Of a stretch of 64,000 nt of DNA, positions 1 to 10,595 are shown one piece after another. The position numbers and the translations under genes were made by a program. The notes under the pieces are model-generated. The model saw nothing but the letters and a program-made list of their open reading frames with translations. It did not search any database and was not told the DNA's origin. Source of the stretch: a virus (lineage: Duplodnaviria; Caudoviricetes); the IMG/VR virus record IMGVR_UViG_3300032030_000056, positions 15,786 through 79,785 of that record; one strand, written 5' to 3'. Numbering within the stretch: position 1 is the first letter of the stretch; every line of letters begins with the position of its first letter.

Positions 1-451
1 GCAAATCCTCTCTAACGCTTTTTTTTGCCAATGCCAATATCTCGTTGAATTTTTCTTTTCGTTTTGCATCGCTTTCAAATTGTTCAAGACGTGCTAATTT
101 TTCTTTCAACTCTTCGGAAATTTCCATTTGTTGTTTAGTGGCTTCTTCCGATTGCTTGGCTTTGGAAACCTTCTTGTTTAATTTCTCGATTTGGGCTTTC
201 AAATCATCAACCTCTGCTTGGTGCGCCTTTTGCTTGTCGGTCAACCCTCGTGATGTAGCACTGAATGCCGTGTTTAGGTTAAACTTCAAATCATCAAGCA
301 CATTTTCGTCGTTGATGTCGGCTTCTTCGCCATGTTTCTTCAAAAAGAAATCGGCAAATTTGTCCTTGAACTCGCCCGTTAATGTTTCCTCGCTGTAGCT
401 TTTCTCGTTACAGTATTCATTTGCTTTCTGCAAAATTTCTTCTTTGTTCAT
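1..451 (-). CDS. Partial coiled-coil protein running off the left edge; possible capsid scaffold
   Basis: Hand-translated from ATG at 451: MNKEEILQKANEYCNEKSYSEETLTGEFKDKFADFF...EKLARLEQFESDAKRKEKFNEILALAKK; no stop before base 1; K/E-rich helical; own TAATTTTG promoter box. Scaffold role is inference from position. Confidence 0.6.
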   Translation of the reverse strand, partial: MNKEEILQKANEYCNEKSYSEETLTGEFKDKFADFFLKKHGEEADINDENVLDDLKFNLNTAFSATSRGLTDKQKAHQAEVDDLKAQIEKLNKKVSKAKQSEEATKQQMEISEELKEKLARLEQFESDAKRKEKFNEILALAKKSVREDL

Positions 452-485
452 AGTTTTCTACTATTAATTAAACAATTAGTGTATG

Positions 486-493
486 CAAAATTA
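486..493 (-). promoter_or_regulatory. Bacteroidetes-type -7 element (TAATTTTG) for the leftward gene
   Basis: Matches TAnnTTTG about 35 nt upstream of the ATG at 451. Confidence 0.5.
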
Positions 494-616
494 CAAAGCA
501 CTAGTTGTAGTTTCAAATGCTTATTTTGTTTTTTACTTAATAATGTGAGAAATCAATGTAAAAAACAATAAAATGGTGACTTAATATATAACAAGTTAGT
601 AATTTTGTGTTGTAAT

Positions 617-2395
617 ATGGGCAAAAAGAAAAAAGACATAGTGTTATCACCACTAGAGGATGGCAATCAAAAGTTTGCCATCCGTTCTAATGCCGACATC
701 GTTTGCTTTACTGGCAATACTGGTGGCGGCAAAAGCTATGCCTTATACTATGCACCCATAGAGTACCTTGCCATGAATGACAATGCCAAAATCGTTTGCT
801 TTATGCGTAACGTGAGCGATTTTTGGGGTGCTGGCAAGGTAAATGACACGTTGAAAAAGATGTACCCGTTGATTGACCGAAGTGTCAAGAAACAACCGCA
901 TGACCCGATTGGTGAGATTATCCGCAACCAAACCGACATGGGCATGAAATTGTACAACGGCAGTGAAATCAAGTTTCAACAGCTTGACAATGAGAACCCG
1001 ATTGTGATTGATAAAATCGCAAAGGGTCTGCAAGCGAAAAAGTTGATTTTTGATGAGTGCAACAAGTTTGAATGGCGCACAATTACTGCGTTTTTTCCTC
1101 GTCTTCGTTCTGATAGTTCGGGCAAGGCTCAAATTTTCCTTGCCCAAAACCCTGAACGTGAATGTTTCTTGCGCAAGTTGTGCGGCAAGGGCGAACACGG
1201 AGGAGGTTGGATTAACGATGATGGAAGCGTTGACAAGTCTATGGATGGTGTGGTAATGTTTTTCCACATGGTTGAGGGTAGCACCGACAAGGCTTATTTT
1301 GGTAGGACAAAGCGTGAAGTGTACGAAAAATGCAAGGAACACATTGACGCTTTGATTGCCGTTGACCCCGATATGTCGTATGAGGATTTCATCTTGTCTA
1401 TGGTATTCTACACGTTTGACGTAAGGGATAACAAGAAGATGCTTTCCAAGAACAAATCCTATCGTGGTCTTGCAGCAAATTCATCTACCGCAAAATCATC
1501 GTATGCCGCCAATTGGAACTATTCGTTAACCGATGAACAAACGGATATTGACGAGTTGTCAAACGTACAATTGACAACAACCGACATTGAACGTATGTTC
1601 AGACCTATTGATATTCCGCAAACAAGCGAACTAATGAGGCGGTTAATGACTGTTGACATGGCTACTACTGGTTTTGATAACTTGGTGATGAAATATTGGG
1701 AATTGTGGTCTGGTTTTGGTTGGATTTGCCGTGACATTGATTTTTGCGAAAAGAACACCCCGCGTGAGGCTGTTATACGCATAAACCAGTTTCGTGACAA
1801 GCATGATTTGGTTGAAAAGAACTCAATGATTCTTGATGTTCAAGGTTTCGGCTTTTTGCGTGATTGTTACCCACGACAAATCTACTTTTCGGGTGCTTCC
1901 CAACCGTCACAAAGAGGCAAGACGTTATACACGGCTTTCAAAGACGAATCAGCTCACTTGGCAATGGAAATGATTACTGCTGGGCTGATACATTACGAAC
2001 CTCGTCTTGCCAATATGCGCTACACGCACCAAAACATGAAACGGATTGGTGCGACTACTATATTGCGGCATTTGAAATTTGAGAGCGTTATTTTCCAATT
2101 CCACCGCACACCTAATGGCCGTTTGGTTGTGTTGGAGAAAGAAAAGCAAAAGACGTTCTTGAAAGGAATGTCGCCCGACCTTACCGATAACATCATCATG
2201 CTATGCGGAGGCACTTGTTATGATTGCTACCGCATATTGCGTGATGATGCAGGTATGTCGAAAAAACGCATGGAGGATAACGATATGTTGTCTTTTCTTG
2301 GTGCAGATATGCCCAATCAAATTGGCGATGGGATAAGGACAAGAAAGCGGATTAGGAACGCTGATGAAATTTTGGAAGTATTAAGCATGATTTAG
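617..2395 (+). CDS. terL: Terminase large subunit
   Basis: Walker A GNTGGGKS, Walker B LIFDE, RNase H-like nuclease start TVDMATTGFD, C-terminal SPDLTD; ATG at 617 preferred over TTG at 605. Confidence 0.93.
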   Translation: MGKKKKDIVLSPLEDGNQKFAIRSNADIVCFTGNTGGGKSYALYYAPIEYLAMNDNAKIVCFMRNVSDFWGAGKVNDTLKKMYPLIDRSVKKQPHDPIGEIIRNQTDMGMKLYNGSEIKFQQLDNENPIVIDKIAKGLQAKKLIFDECNKFEWRTITAFFPRLRSDSSGKAQIFLAQNPERECFLRKLCGKGEHGGGWINDDGSVDKSMDGVVMFFHMVEGSTDKAYFGRTKREVYEKCKEHIDALIAVDPDMSYEDFILSMVFYTFDVRDNKKMLSKNKSYRGLAANSSTAKSSYAANWNYSLTDEQTDIDELSNVQLTTTDIERMFRPIDIPQTSELMRRLMTVDMATTGFDNLVMKYWELWSGFGWICRDIDFCEKNTPREAVIRINQFRDKHDLVEKNSMILDVQGFGFLRDCYPRQIYFSGASQPSQRGKTLYTAFKDESAHLAMEMITAGLIHYEPRLANMRYTHQNMKRIGATTILRHLKFESVIFQFHRTPNGRLVVLEKEKQKTFLKGMSPDLTDNIIMLCGGTCYDCYRILRDDAGMSKKRMEDNDMLSFLGADMPNQIGDGIRTRKRIRNADEILEVLSMI

Positions 2396-2399
2396 TAAA

Positions 2400-3929
2400 A
2401 TGATAGAGCAGCACAACATAAAGTGGTATCTTGAAGACCCTACTAGGTTTATCCTTATGAAGCCTTTTACCCGTGGAGGTAAGTTAGGTGGTCATGGGTA
2501 TGAAAGAACCGAGATATTGAACAACACGATGATGGAAACGGGTTTTGCGAACTTGAAGTTAAATCCAATTTCGCAAGACCTGTACTTGACCGAGTACAAT
2601 CCCGATTTGCACCACATTATCTTGAATCAAGCTATTCCTCACATCAAAATCGTCATTGATGGCATAGCATTGCCATCAAATATGATGGAACTCACCCAAA
2701 CCGCCTCTTTCCAAAAGCTGATTCATGCCGCCCATGTGCGCAACCTTACCGCCAATCCATTGGACTTTTCCTTGTGCAATGAAACTCCCGATAAGGGCGA
2801 GTTGGACTTGTTTAGCAAGGCAAAGCAAGAATGGGCATGGAGGGATAGAGAATGGGATAAGTACGAAGCTATCAGTACTTGTAAGAAAGTTGGCAACTGT
2901 GGTGTCTTGTTTTCCTTTGATGGCAATGAATACCAAGTTACCAACTATTCCTACGAGGATGGCTACCAAATCGTTCCCAATTACAACGAGTATGGGATTG
3001 AAATTGCTAGGTCTTTGGTGTACCAAATTGACAATGAGATAATTGTTGATGCCTATGATGCCAAAAAGCATTATAGGTGCGTACACACCGAAAATGGTTG
3101 GAACATTAGCGAAGAAGTACATGGTTATCCTATCTGCCCATTGCTGCACAAGCGTGGTAAACCTGCTTGGGAATATGCCGAAAGTAGCATTGAAATGTGG
3201 GAGTTGATGGCGAACATTCAAGCAATTGCTTTGAAGCGTTTTGGTACTTTCGCATTGGTGTTTATCGGTGAAATGGATAGGGATAGCTTTAAGCGTGACA
3301 GTTCCACCTTGATTGTCAACCTTTCAAGTGATTCGACTGGCGGCAAGCAAGATGCAAAGGTGTTGGAGTTCCCTGAGCCTCAAACTATGGATGGGTACTT
3401 AAAAACGCTAGAGGAAAAGATTTCCTTGTTCAGTTCAACATCTTTCATTACACCAAAAGATATCACAACAAGCAATAGTGGTGGTAATGGTATCGCTTTG
3501 GCTATGTCAAATGACTACTCATTAGCCACCCAATCCGCTCTCGATTGGCAACCTTTTGCTAGTCAAATGTTTAGGTTACACCTTGCTGGCCTTGACCTAG
3601 AGGGCAACAACACGCAAAAGTATTCGAGTTTGCGAGTTAAGGCTAGGATTATACCTTGGTCTTTGGAAACGAACAACACTAAGATTACCAACTTGGCAAT
3701 GGAAGCACCTTACTTGTCAACACAAACAGTTGTCGAAAGGTGTCCCGATGCCGCACCCGATGAGGTTCAAAGGATTTTGGCTGAAAGGGGCTCGTTGGTT
3801 GAACGTGGTTCACAACTTATCCAAGACACGGCAGACAAGGCGCATAACATTGCAACCAACCGAAGCAATGAAATTGTTGACAACATGACTAAGGTTGTTG
3901 ACGTTGAAGCTGCAAAAGTAAATTCATAA
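2400..3929 (+). CDS. Portal protein
   Basis: 509 aa directly after TerL; portal-like size and helical pattern; YGEPEK-like segment HKRGKPAWEY; mainly positional. Confidence 0.75.
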   Translation: MIEQHNIKWYLEDPTRFILMKPFTRGGKLGGHGYERTEILNNTMMETGFANLKLNPISQDLYLTEYNPDLHHIILNQAIPHIKIVIDGIALPSNMMELTQTASFQKLIHAAHVRNLTANPLDFSLCNETPDKGELDLFSKAKQEWAWRDREWDKYEAISTCKKVGNCGVLFSFDGNEYQVTNYSYEDGYQIVPNYNEYGIEIARSLVYQIDNEIIVDAYDAKKHYRCVHTENGWNISEEVHGYPICPLLHKRGKPAWEYAESSIEMWELMANIQAIALKRFGTFALVFIGEMDRDSFKRDSSTLIVNLSSDSTGGKQDAKVLEFPEPQTMDGYLKTLEEKISLFSSTSFITPKDITTSNSGGNGIALAMSNDYSLATQSALDWQPFASQMFRLHLAGLDLEGNNTQKYSSLRVKARIIPWSLETNNTKITNLAMEAPYLSTQTVVERCPDAAPDEVQRILAERGSLVERGSQLIQDTADKAHNIATNRSNEIVDNMTKVVDVEAAKVNS

Positions 3930-3933
3930 GCGT

Positions 3934-6900
3934 ATGATGAACGGGCTAAACATAGACTTCCCAATTTACTACGATGATGGGAATGGTATAAGGACATCAT
4001 TTCACGGCATGGTGTTAAAGAAAGCCGTTGTTGATGGTGTTGTTATGTCTTTGTCAGACAAGATTACTGGTGATGTCGTGTATAATGGTAGCGACTTGCA
4101 ATTCACAATGCAAGAGTATGTGTTGTATAACGATGTCAAGTATTCTTTGGTTAACCCGCCTACTGTAGTAAGGGAGGGTCTTGTTGCCGACAATAGCGAC
4201 TTAAAGGGTGCTACAAGATACTCGTTTGAGTTTTATCACCCTATGTATATGTTGTCGAATTTTCCGTTTACTGATGTTGCGGTTAGTTTTGATGAAATAC
4301 GCTACAAGTCACATGACAAGTCTTTCAGTTGGATTGGCAAGCCATTGGACTATGTAAACAAGTTAAACAAGAACTTAGAGGGTACTGAATTTGTTGTTGT
4401 GCTTAGTTCAAGCGTTTCTCAAGGCATAATAGATACCTTGAGTGATGTGTTGACATTTGATAACTCAACTATTGCTGATGCCTTAAAGACTGGATATGAT
4501 ACTTGGGGTTTGCCTTATGTGGTTGACAAGTTGGAAGAAAGTCAATACTTCTTTACTGATGCAAACAACAACAATGTTGACTATTATTCAATCGAAGGTG
4601 GTAAAAAGAGATTTGTGATTATATTTGGCTTACCTGCCAATGAGATATATGAAAATGAAACTCAAAAGTTGCTTGGTAATCCGTTTGTGTTCCAATTCGG
4701 TCAAGGTGTAGGCTTAAAGAACAACTCTCGCACACCTAGAAACAACAAGATTGTGACTAGGATTGCTGGCTATGGTAGTGAAACGAACATACCTTATGGC
4801 TATCCTCAAATACGTTGGTATGGAGACCCTGATGCTACTTGCACAATCGGAGATAGCGTTGGAATACAAGAAAACGTCACAATAAATGGTGTGTTCTATG
4901 AGAGGATAATGTCTTATCCAATATACATGGGTATTGTTGGTGGTGAGTATGTTAAACTGATTAAGCATCCTTTCACTAGGTCACACCTAATGCCATCTGT
5001 ATATGCCAATTCTATTTTCAACAAGGTTAGTCAATACAAGGTTGATGAAAACGAGAATGTTATATTCAACCCAGACTTTATGCCAGATGTTGAGATAGTT
5101 GACTACTACGATGCTGTTGGTAGTGATTACCCAAATAACATCAACTTATCAGCACCATCGTATGAAATCCATGAGTTTGAGGAAATTAAACCCGAATTGG
5201 GTGAGGCAAATATTCTTGGTGCAAATCCAATCAATGCCGATTTGACTGATGCTGATGGATGGGATGATACGATGGATGATGATGGCAACTACCTGCAAAG
5301 CTATTTCAAGATAACTTTGCCTGAATTATCGTTTGACATCTATGCTTGTGCCGCTATTACTGAGGAAATGAAAATCAATATGCGCAGTGGTGCTTGTATT
5401 GGTTGCACTTTCACAGTTCAAGTTGATTGGGAAGACTATAAGCGCAATTTCTATGATAGTGACATGAACTTTGCGCCTAATGGTAGCCAGCGTGACTTGA
5501 CACGCTATCCTAATAGCAAAGATGGCAGTATTTCGGTAATCGTTCAAAAGGACATCAATACGTTTGGAACATTGATGCCTAATATTTACCAAAATCCTGC
5601 CGCTGGTGATGCTTTCGTGGTGTTGGGTATATCATTACCCCTTGAATACATTACGGATGCGCAGGAACGCTTAGATGCGGCTATGAAATCGTATATGTTG
5701 GAGAACAACGTGTACTATTTCGATTATCCTTTGAAGTTTGACGAACATTTCCTTGCCAATAGGACTTACATACTCAACCAAATACGGCCTAACTCAATCA
5801 TTAGGTTTAGGTACAATAACGAAATATTGGAGTTGTTCGTTAAGCAATTGACCATAAAGTACAACGAAAGCGTATTACCTCAATACGACATCACGTTGAC
5901 TGATAATGTTGAGATTGTGCTTAATCAAATTGGTCAAGTTGCTGACGATGTTGAAAAGCTAGGCACATTGATTGCTATGTTGCGCCAAAACTTTGGCAAC
6001 AATGTAATCTATGAATTAGCCAAGAAATTATCAAAGGTTTCTGACGATGCCGCTGCTGGCCACATCACTTTCACGAAAGGCACAACAATTAGTGATGATG
6101 GTTTCACTAGCGGTTGGTTGGTTGGTAATGGCGCAAGAATTGACAAGGATGGTAATGCAGAGTTTGAGAACGTGCGTGTGCGTGGTTCTATGACCGCAAG
6201 CGAAATCGTGTTCAACTTGATTGATGCCGAAGAGGGTGAATCTATACGCTCTATAGGTCATGGCATTATTGACACTGTTGAAATGATTGATGCAACACAT
6301 GGAACGGCTACATTGCGCATGGATGAGGACGAATATGCCACTATTGACGAAAACGACATTTGCCGAGGTATGTATAACATCCTTTCTAGGGATGGTTATG
6401 CAAACCAAGAGGAAGGCGATGATTACAATGGTTTCCGCAATCAAGTAGGCTTCTTTTCATCATATTTCACTATTGACGATGATAGCGTGGTTAAGTCAAA
6501 AGGCAGTTGCACGTTTAATTTCACCTTGCAAACTGTTGACAAGAATGGCAGCCCTGTTATAAACTACCCACCTTGCGAGGGTATGAAATTTGTTGCTTAC
6601 GGCAATACAGTAAACACGTCAAGACAATCTTGTATGTACACAAGTGCCGTAGGTCAAGCACCGAAACGACTTTACCTTGCAGGCATTGACCACTATTGGA
6701 TTGAGCCTAGAAACGTAAAAATAGCACAAGGTTACATTGATGGTGTTAGAGTGACCGAAGTTATCACCCAATCGGAATATATCTCATATTACGCTCAAGA
6801 CCCGTCTAGTGTGTTTACATCAAACGGCAAGTACTACCACTATAAGACGTTGCATGGTGACGCTGGTTTCTATTGCGAGGATAACATCTATTTTGGTGGT

Positions 6901-9405
6901 ATTCTTAACCAATTCACTGCTGCTGATTGGGATGCTATCCGTGACGAACTTGGTCAAGGCATACACGCACAATTATTGCGTGGCAGCGACAATATCATTG
7001 TTGACGCATTAGGCAATGTGGTGGGAGGTTTGTATGTGCAAGATGGTAATATTACCACTTACAAGTTACATACTGGTGTTATCGTGTATGATAGCGGCAA
7101 GGATAGGTATTTGGATGTTGCTTCAAACAACTCTGAAATAGGCGAAAATGAGTTTGGCTTATATGTTACCGCAAATGGTTGTGGTGTTTTGCGTGATGGC
7201 GCAGATGTTTATATTACATCAATCGCAAACACGGCAAATGGGAACACACCATTAACGGATGGTGAATTAGAGTTAATGCGCAATACGGATGAAATCACGG
7301 TTGACTTCATCGTTGTTACCGCAAATGGATGGCGCACACAAATGACCTATCCTGTCAAGATTACCCACCTTGATACTTCGTACATCACGTTTGATTTGAC
7401 TAACGAGATGGACACATTTGCATACCGAACCCAAACCAAGCGTTATGATGGTCTGCCCTTGTCAACATCAATTAAGGGGTATGTAAATGGCGAAGAAGCA
7501 GACATTGTTTCATTGTACGCTACTAGCGATTTTTGGGGTGGAAGTACAATTGTGCTTGATGATGTGCATCCTAATGTAATCAAGTATTATGGAGGCACTA
7601 ATAATGATAACTATGGCATAAAGGCAACAATCACAAGAAACGGCACGTTAACATTAAGCCATACAAGTTCGTTAAATGACGAGGTTGACATTCCAGATGC
7701 AAAGCATGAATTTACGCTATCTTGCGTAGTCAAGTATGCTGGTGTAAACTACACAAGCCCTGCCTACAAATTCATCGTAACCGAAACTACTGATGCGACA
7801 TTATACAAGTTGTTGCTTTCGGCAAATTCGGTTTTAAAAGACGAAGGCACTTACACACCATCTACAATTGATGTGCAAGTACAAGTGTATAGCGATAGCG
7901 GGATGAGTGTGTTTACACCAAATGCGTCAACTGGTCATGTGGTTGGAAATATCTATGTCAAGTACATCAATGGCACTTACGACCCTTCGGTTAGTGCATC
8001 GACATTGATTTCAAGCTGGAGTGCAACAATGCCTAGTAGCTTTGATGCTATACCTACTTGTTTGACGATTCTTGTCGTTGACCTTTCTAACCAATCATCG
8101 CCAGTAGTGCTTGACGTTGAAAGTGTTCCAATGACTGCAAAGGGTAGGGATGGTGCAGGTCAGCCGTGGATAAAGGTTAGCCCTGACAAGATTATCATAG
8201 ATTGCAATAGTCAAGGCGAAATCAAATCCACTAAGCCATTTACTGTTTCCGCACAACTTTATTGGGGTGACAATCTTTGCACTTTGAATACAGCTAATTG
8301 TGGTATATCATTACCATCTGATACGTCAACTGACCCTGATTCATTTGCTAATAACAACAAAGAAGCAAGACGTTCATATACGTTTACGCAAGGCGATACG
8401 TTGGAAAGCACTTACATTAATGTGCATCTTGAAGGAACGTATTATGATGGCACTACCACTACTACGCATACGGCAGACACATCTATTGTTGTTCAAGCCA
8501 ATACGCAAGGTACGCAAGGTGCGCAAGGTGCTTCTGGTGCTGCAATCGTATTTGCTGGTGCTTGGGATAGTGAAACCTATTATGTATGGAATAACAATAT
8601 CCGTAACGCAGTAAAGCATAATGGCTCATACTGGTTTGTAAACAAGCGCACAAATGGCGAAGATTTGTTAGGCATAGAGCCAACATCAGAACACACCGAG
8701 GAATGGTTAGATGTTGGCGCATTAAACTTTGTTGCTACCGAATTGCTACTTGCAGAAAATGGTACAATCAACTTGTTCTCAAGTAACATCATCAACTTGT
8801 TTAATGGCTCTACTAAGGTAGCTACTATTAATGGTGATGGCTATGGCTCGTATTGCACCTATTATGAAAGTGGTAACAAGCGAATGGAACTTAGCTATAG
8901 TGGCTACTGGTACTACTACAATGACAATGCAGAAAATACTTGGAATTGGAGGATTGGTCATGGTGGTGATATAAACAAAAGCAGGAGTGATGATTGGTTG
9001 CCTTATTGGTTATGCAATGTTGGCAATGGTGGCATTGAACCACCCAGCAATAGCTTAACAAACTTCAGAAACGATACAACTTATAATAGGACTGAATATT
9101 ATAAGTTTATTAGTGGAGGCAATAACTTTACTGATTATGATAAGTGCTTGTTTGTTTACAAACCATCGAACGATAATCCAACAAATACAACACCGCTACC
9201 ATCGGGTTGGTACACTCCAAATATTGAAGTCTTGCACAAGATAGATGATGAGGGTGTAACCATGTTATATTACATCACTATCTACAAAGTAGAGCAAACC
9301 ACATCTAATGGGGTAACAACTTCAAGGATTACCGAAAGGTGGCTTCGCATTTGGGATGGTAGTAGCTATGTAAATAGACAAGACGCATTATTGCCTACTG
9401 ATTAG
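3934..9405 (+). CDS. Large tail/baseplate-fibre protein
   Basis: 1,823 aa; motifs typical of Bacteroidales phage tails (IDKDGNAEFENVRVRG, VATELLLAENG, AGAWDSETYY); short GTQGTQGAQGASG collagen-like stretch; beta-rich. Confidence 0.75.
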   Translation: MMNGLNIDFPIYYDDGNGIRTSFHGMVLKKAVVDGVVMSLSDKITGDVVYNGSDLQFTMQEYVLYNDVKYSLVNPPTVVREGLVADNSDLKGATRYSFEFYHPMYMLSNFPFTDVAVSFDEIRYKSHDKSFSWIGKPLDYVNKLNKNLEGTEFVVVLSSSVSQGIIDTLSDVLTFDNSTIADALKTGYDTWGLPYVVDKLEESQYFFTDANNNNVDYYSIEGGKKRFVIIFGLPANEIYENETQKLLGNPFVFQFGQGVGLKNNSRTPRNNKIVTRIAGYGSETNIPYGYPQIRWYGDPDATCTIGDSVGIQENVTINGVFYERIMSYPIYMGIVGGEYVKLIKHPFTRSHLMPSVYANSIFNKVSQYKVDENENVIFNPDFMPDVEIVDYYDAVGSDYPNNINLSAPSYEIHEFEEIKPELGEANILGANPINADLTDADGWDDTMDDDGNYLQSYFKITLPELSFDIYACAAITEEMKINMRSGACIGCTFTVQVDWEDYKRNFYDSDMNFAPNGSQRDLTRYPNSKDGSISVIVQKDINTFGTLMPNIYQNPAAGDAFVVLGISLPLEYITDAQERLDAAMKSYMLENNVYYFDYPLKFDEHFLANRTYILNQIRPNSIIRFRYNNEILELFVKQLTIKYNESVLPQYDITLTDNVEIVLNQIGQVADDVEKLGTLIAMLRQNFGNNVIYELAKKLSKVSDDAAAGHITFTKGTTISDDGFTSGWLVGNGARIDKDGNAEFENVRVRGSMTASEIVFNLIDAEEGESIRSIGHGIIDTVEMIDATHGTATLRMDEDEYATIDENDICRGMYNILSRDGYANQEEGDDYNGFRNQVGFFSSYFTIDDDSVVKSKGSCTFNFTLQTVDKNGSPVINYPPCEGMKFVAYGNTVNTSRQSCMYTSAVGQAPKRLYLAGIDHYWIEPRNVKIAQGYIDGVRVTEVITQSEYISYYAQDPSSVFTSNGKYYHYKTLHGDAGFYCEDNIYFGGILNQFTAADWDAIRDELGQGIHAQLLRGSDNIIVDALGNVVGGLYVQDGNITTYKLHTGVIVYDSGKDRYLDVASNNSEIGENEFGLYVTANGCGVLRDGADVYITSIANTANGNTPLTDGELELMRNTDEITVDFIVVTANGWRTQMTYPVKITHLDTSYITFDLTNEMDTFAYRTQTKRYDGLPLSTSIKGYVNGEEADIVSLYATSDFWGGSTIVLDDVHPNVIKYYGGTNNDNYGIKATITRNGTLTLSHTSSLNDEVDIPDAKHEFTLSCVVKYAGVNYTSPAYKFIVTETTDATLYKLLLSANSVLKDEGTYTPSTIDVQVQVYSDSGMSVFTPNASTGHVVGNIYVKYINGTYDPSVSASTLISSWSATMPSSFDAIPTCLTILVVDLSNQSSPVVLDVESVPMTAKGRDGAGQPWIKVSPDKIIIDCNSQGEIKSTKPFTVSAQLYWGDNLCTLNTANCGISLPSDTSTDPDSFANNNKEARRSYTFTQGDTLESTYINVHLEGTYYDGTTTTTHTADTSIVVQANTQGTQGAQGASGAAIVFAGAWDSETYYVWNNNIRNAVKHNGSYWFVNKRTNGEDLLGIEPTSEHTEEWLDVGALNFVATELLLAENGTINLFSSNIINLFNGSTKVATINGDGYGSYCTYYESGNKRMELSYSGYWYYYNDNAENTWNWRIGHGGDINKSRSDDWLPYWLCNVGNGGIEPPSNSLTNFRNDTTYNRTEYYKFISGGNNFTDYDKCLFVYKPSNDNPTNTTPLPSGWYTPNIEVLHKIDDEGVTMLYYITIYKVEQTTSNGVTTSRITERWLRIWDGSSYVNRQDALLPTD

Positions 9406-9425
9406 TAATTTAAGAATATAAGAAT

Positions 9426-10595
9426 ATGGCGCAATTAACGACAGATAACATTAACACAATCGCAGCGGCAGTTGCCTCTATGGGCGATGATGATTACTTG
9501 TACATCTACAAGGCGGATGGGCAAGCAATGGGTCGTATTACTAAGGCTCAATTGTTGCAAGGCATAAGGCAATCGGGTGGAGGTATGTCTGCTACTATTT
9601 ACCAAGCCATCCAAACCAATGTTGAAGTATTGAGGTTAAATTTTAATGCCCTTTCTAGTGCGTTGGCAAATCTTGCTTTTTCGGAAGACAATCCAAATCT
9701 TAGCGTTGGTGAGTTTAACTGGCCTGAGCAAGAAAGCGGTGGGGGTGGTGATGAACCTACTCCTACCGATGAACCTACAATCACGTTCAAGAATGGTAGC
9801 GGCAACACAATAACCACATTGAATGTTGGTGAAATAGCAGACGGAGAATCTAGCGTAAGCAACACATTCTTTGTTTACGGAACAAATCTTACTGATGATA
9901 TAACATTAAGCGTTACCAATGGAAGGTTTGATGTATTACCGACAACAATACCAATGAACAATGCAGCTAGTGGTGTACAAGTAACCATTACTTATAGTGG
10001 AAATTCATCATTGGCTACTGATTATGTTGTTGCATCATCAAATGGCGCAACAAGCAAAACTTTGATAGCCACCGCAACAAAAGATGAAGGACAACAAGGT
10101 GGAGATGAACCAACACCATCACAGTCGATTAAACTTGTACATGGCAAGTATATCGCCTATCAAGGAACATCACCCAAAACACCTTCTAACGCATCTTTGT
10201 ACACTGACATCTGCTGCATGACAGCAGTTCTAAGTGTGAATTTCAGTGACATTGATGAAACTGTTTGGGAAACAGCATATATAGAATGGGTTCATGGCGG
10301 TATCGCTTCAAAAGGGAATATATCATTTACAAAGAACAATGGCACGACCGCCGAATCTGTGCAAGGTGCTTCAAGCGAAAAAGACACCTATTCGGTTGAC
10401 AATATGACCAGCCAGACATTATCATACTGGAAACAAAGAAGGACTTTAGTTAATGGCCTTATCGCCACATTTAAGTATGATACATCGACAAACAAAGTCG
10501 CTTCGGGTTGTTGCGTGGTGCTAAAAGACGCAAATGGCAATATTCTTAAAACACTTATTAGTGCGAATGACCTGCAAAACGCAACTTGGGAATAG
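9426..10595 (+). CDS. Virion-associated protein with Ig-like middle domain
   Basis: T/S/N-rich beta-sandwich pattern flanked by two GGGG/GGDEPTP linkers; lies in the tail cluster. Confidence 0.55.
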   Translation: MAQLTTDNINTIAAAVASMGDDDYLYIYKADGQAMGRITKAQLLQGIRQSGGGMSATIYQAIQTNVEVLRLNFNALSSALANLAFSEDNPNLSVGEFNWPEQESGGGGDEPTPTDEPTITFKNGSGNTITTLNVGEIADGESSVSNTFFVYGTNLTDDITLSVTNGRFDVLPTTIPMNNAASGVQVTITYSGNSSLATDYVVASSNGATSKTLIATATKDEGQQGGDEPTPSQSIKLVHGKYIAYQGTSPKTPSNASLYTDICCMTAVLSVNFSDIDETVWETAYIEWVHGGIASKGNISFTKNNGTTAESVQGASSEKDTYSVDNMTSQTLSYWKQRRTLVNGLIATFKYDTSTNKVASGCCVVLKDANGNILKTLISANDLQNATWE

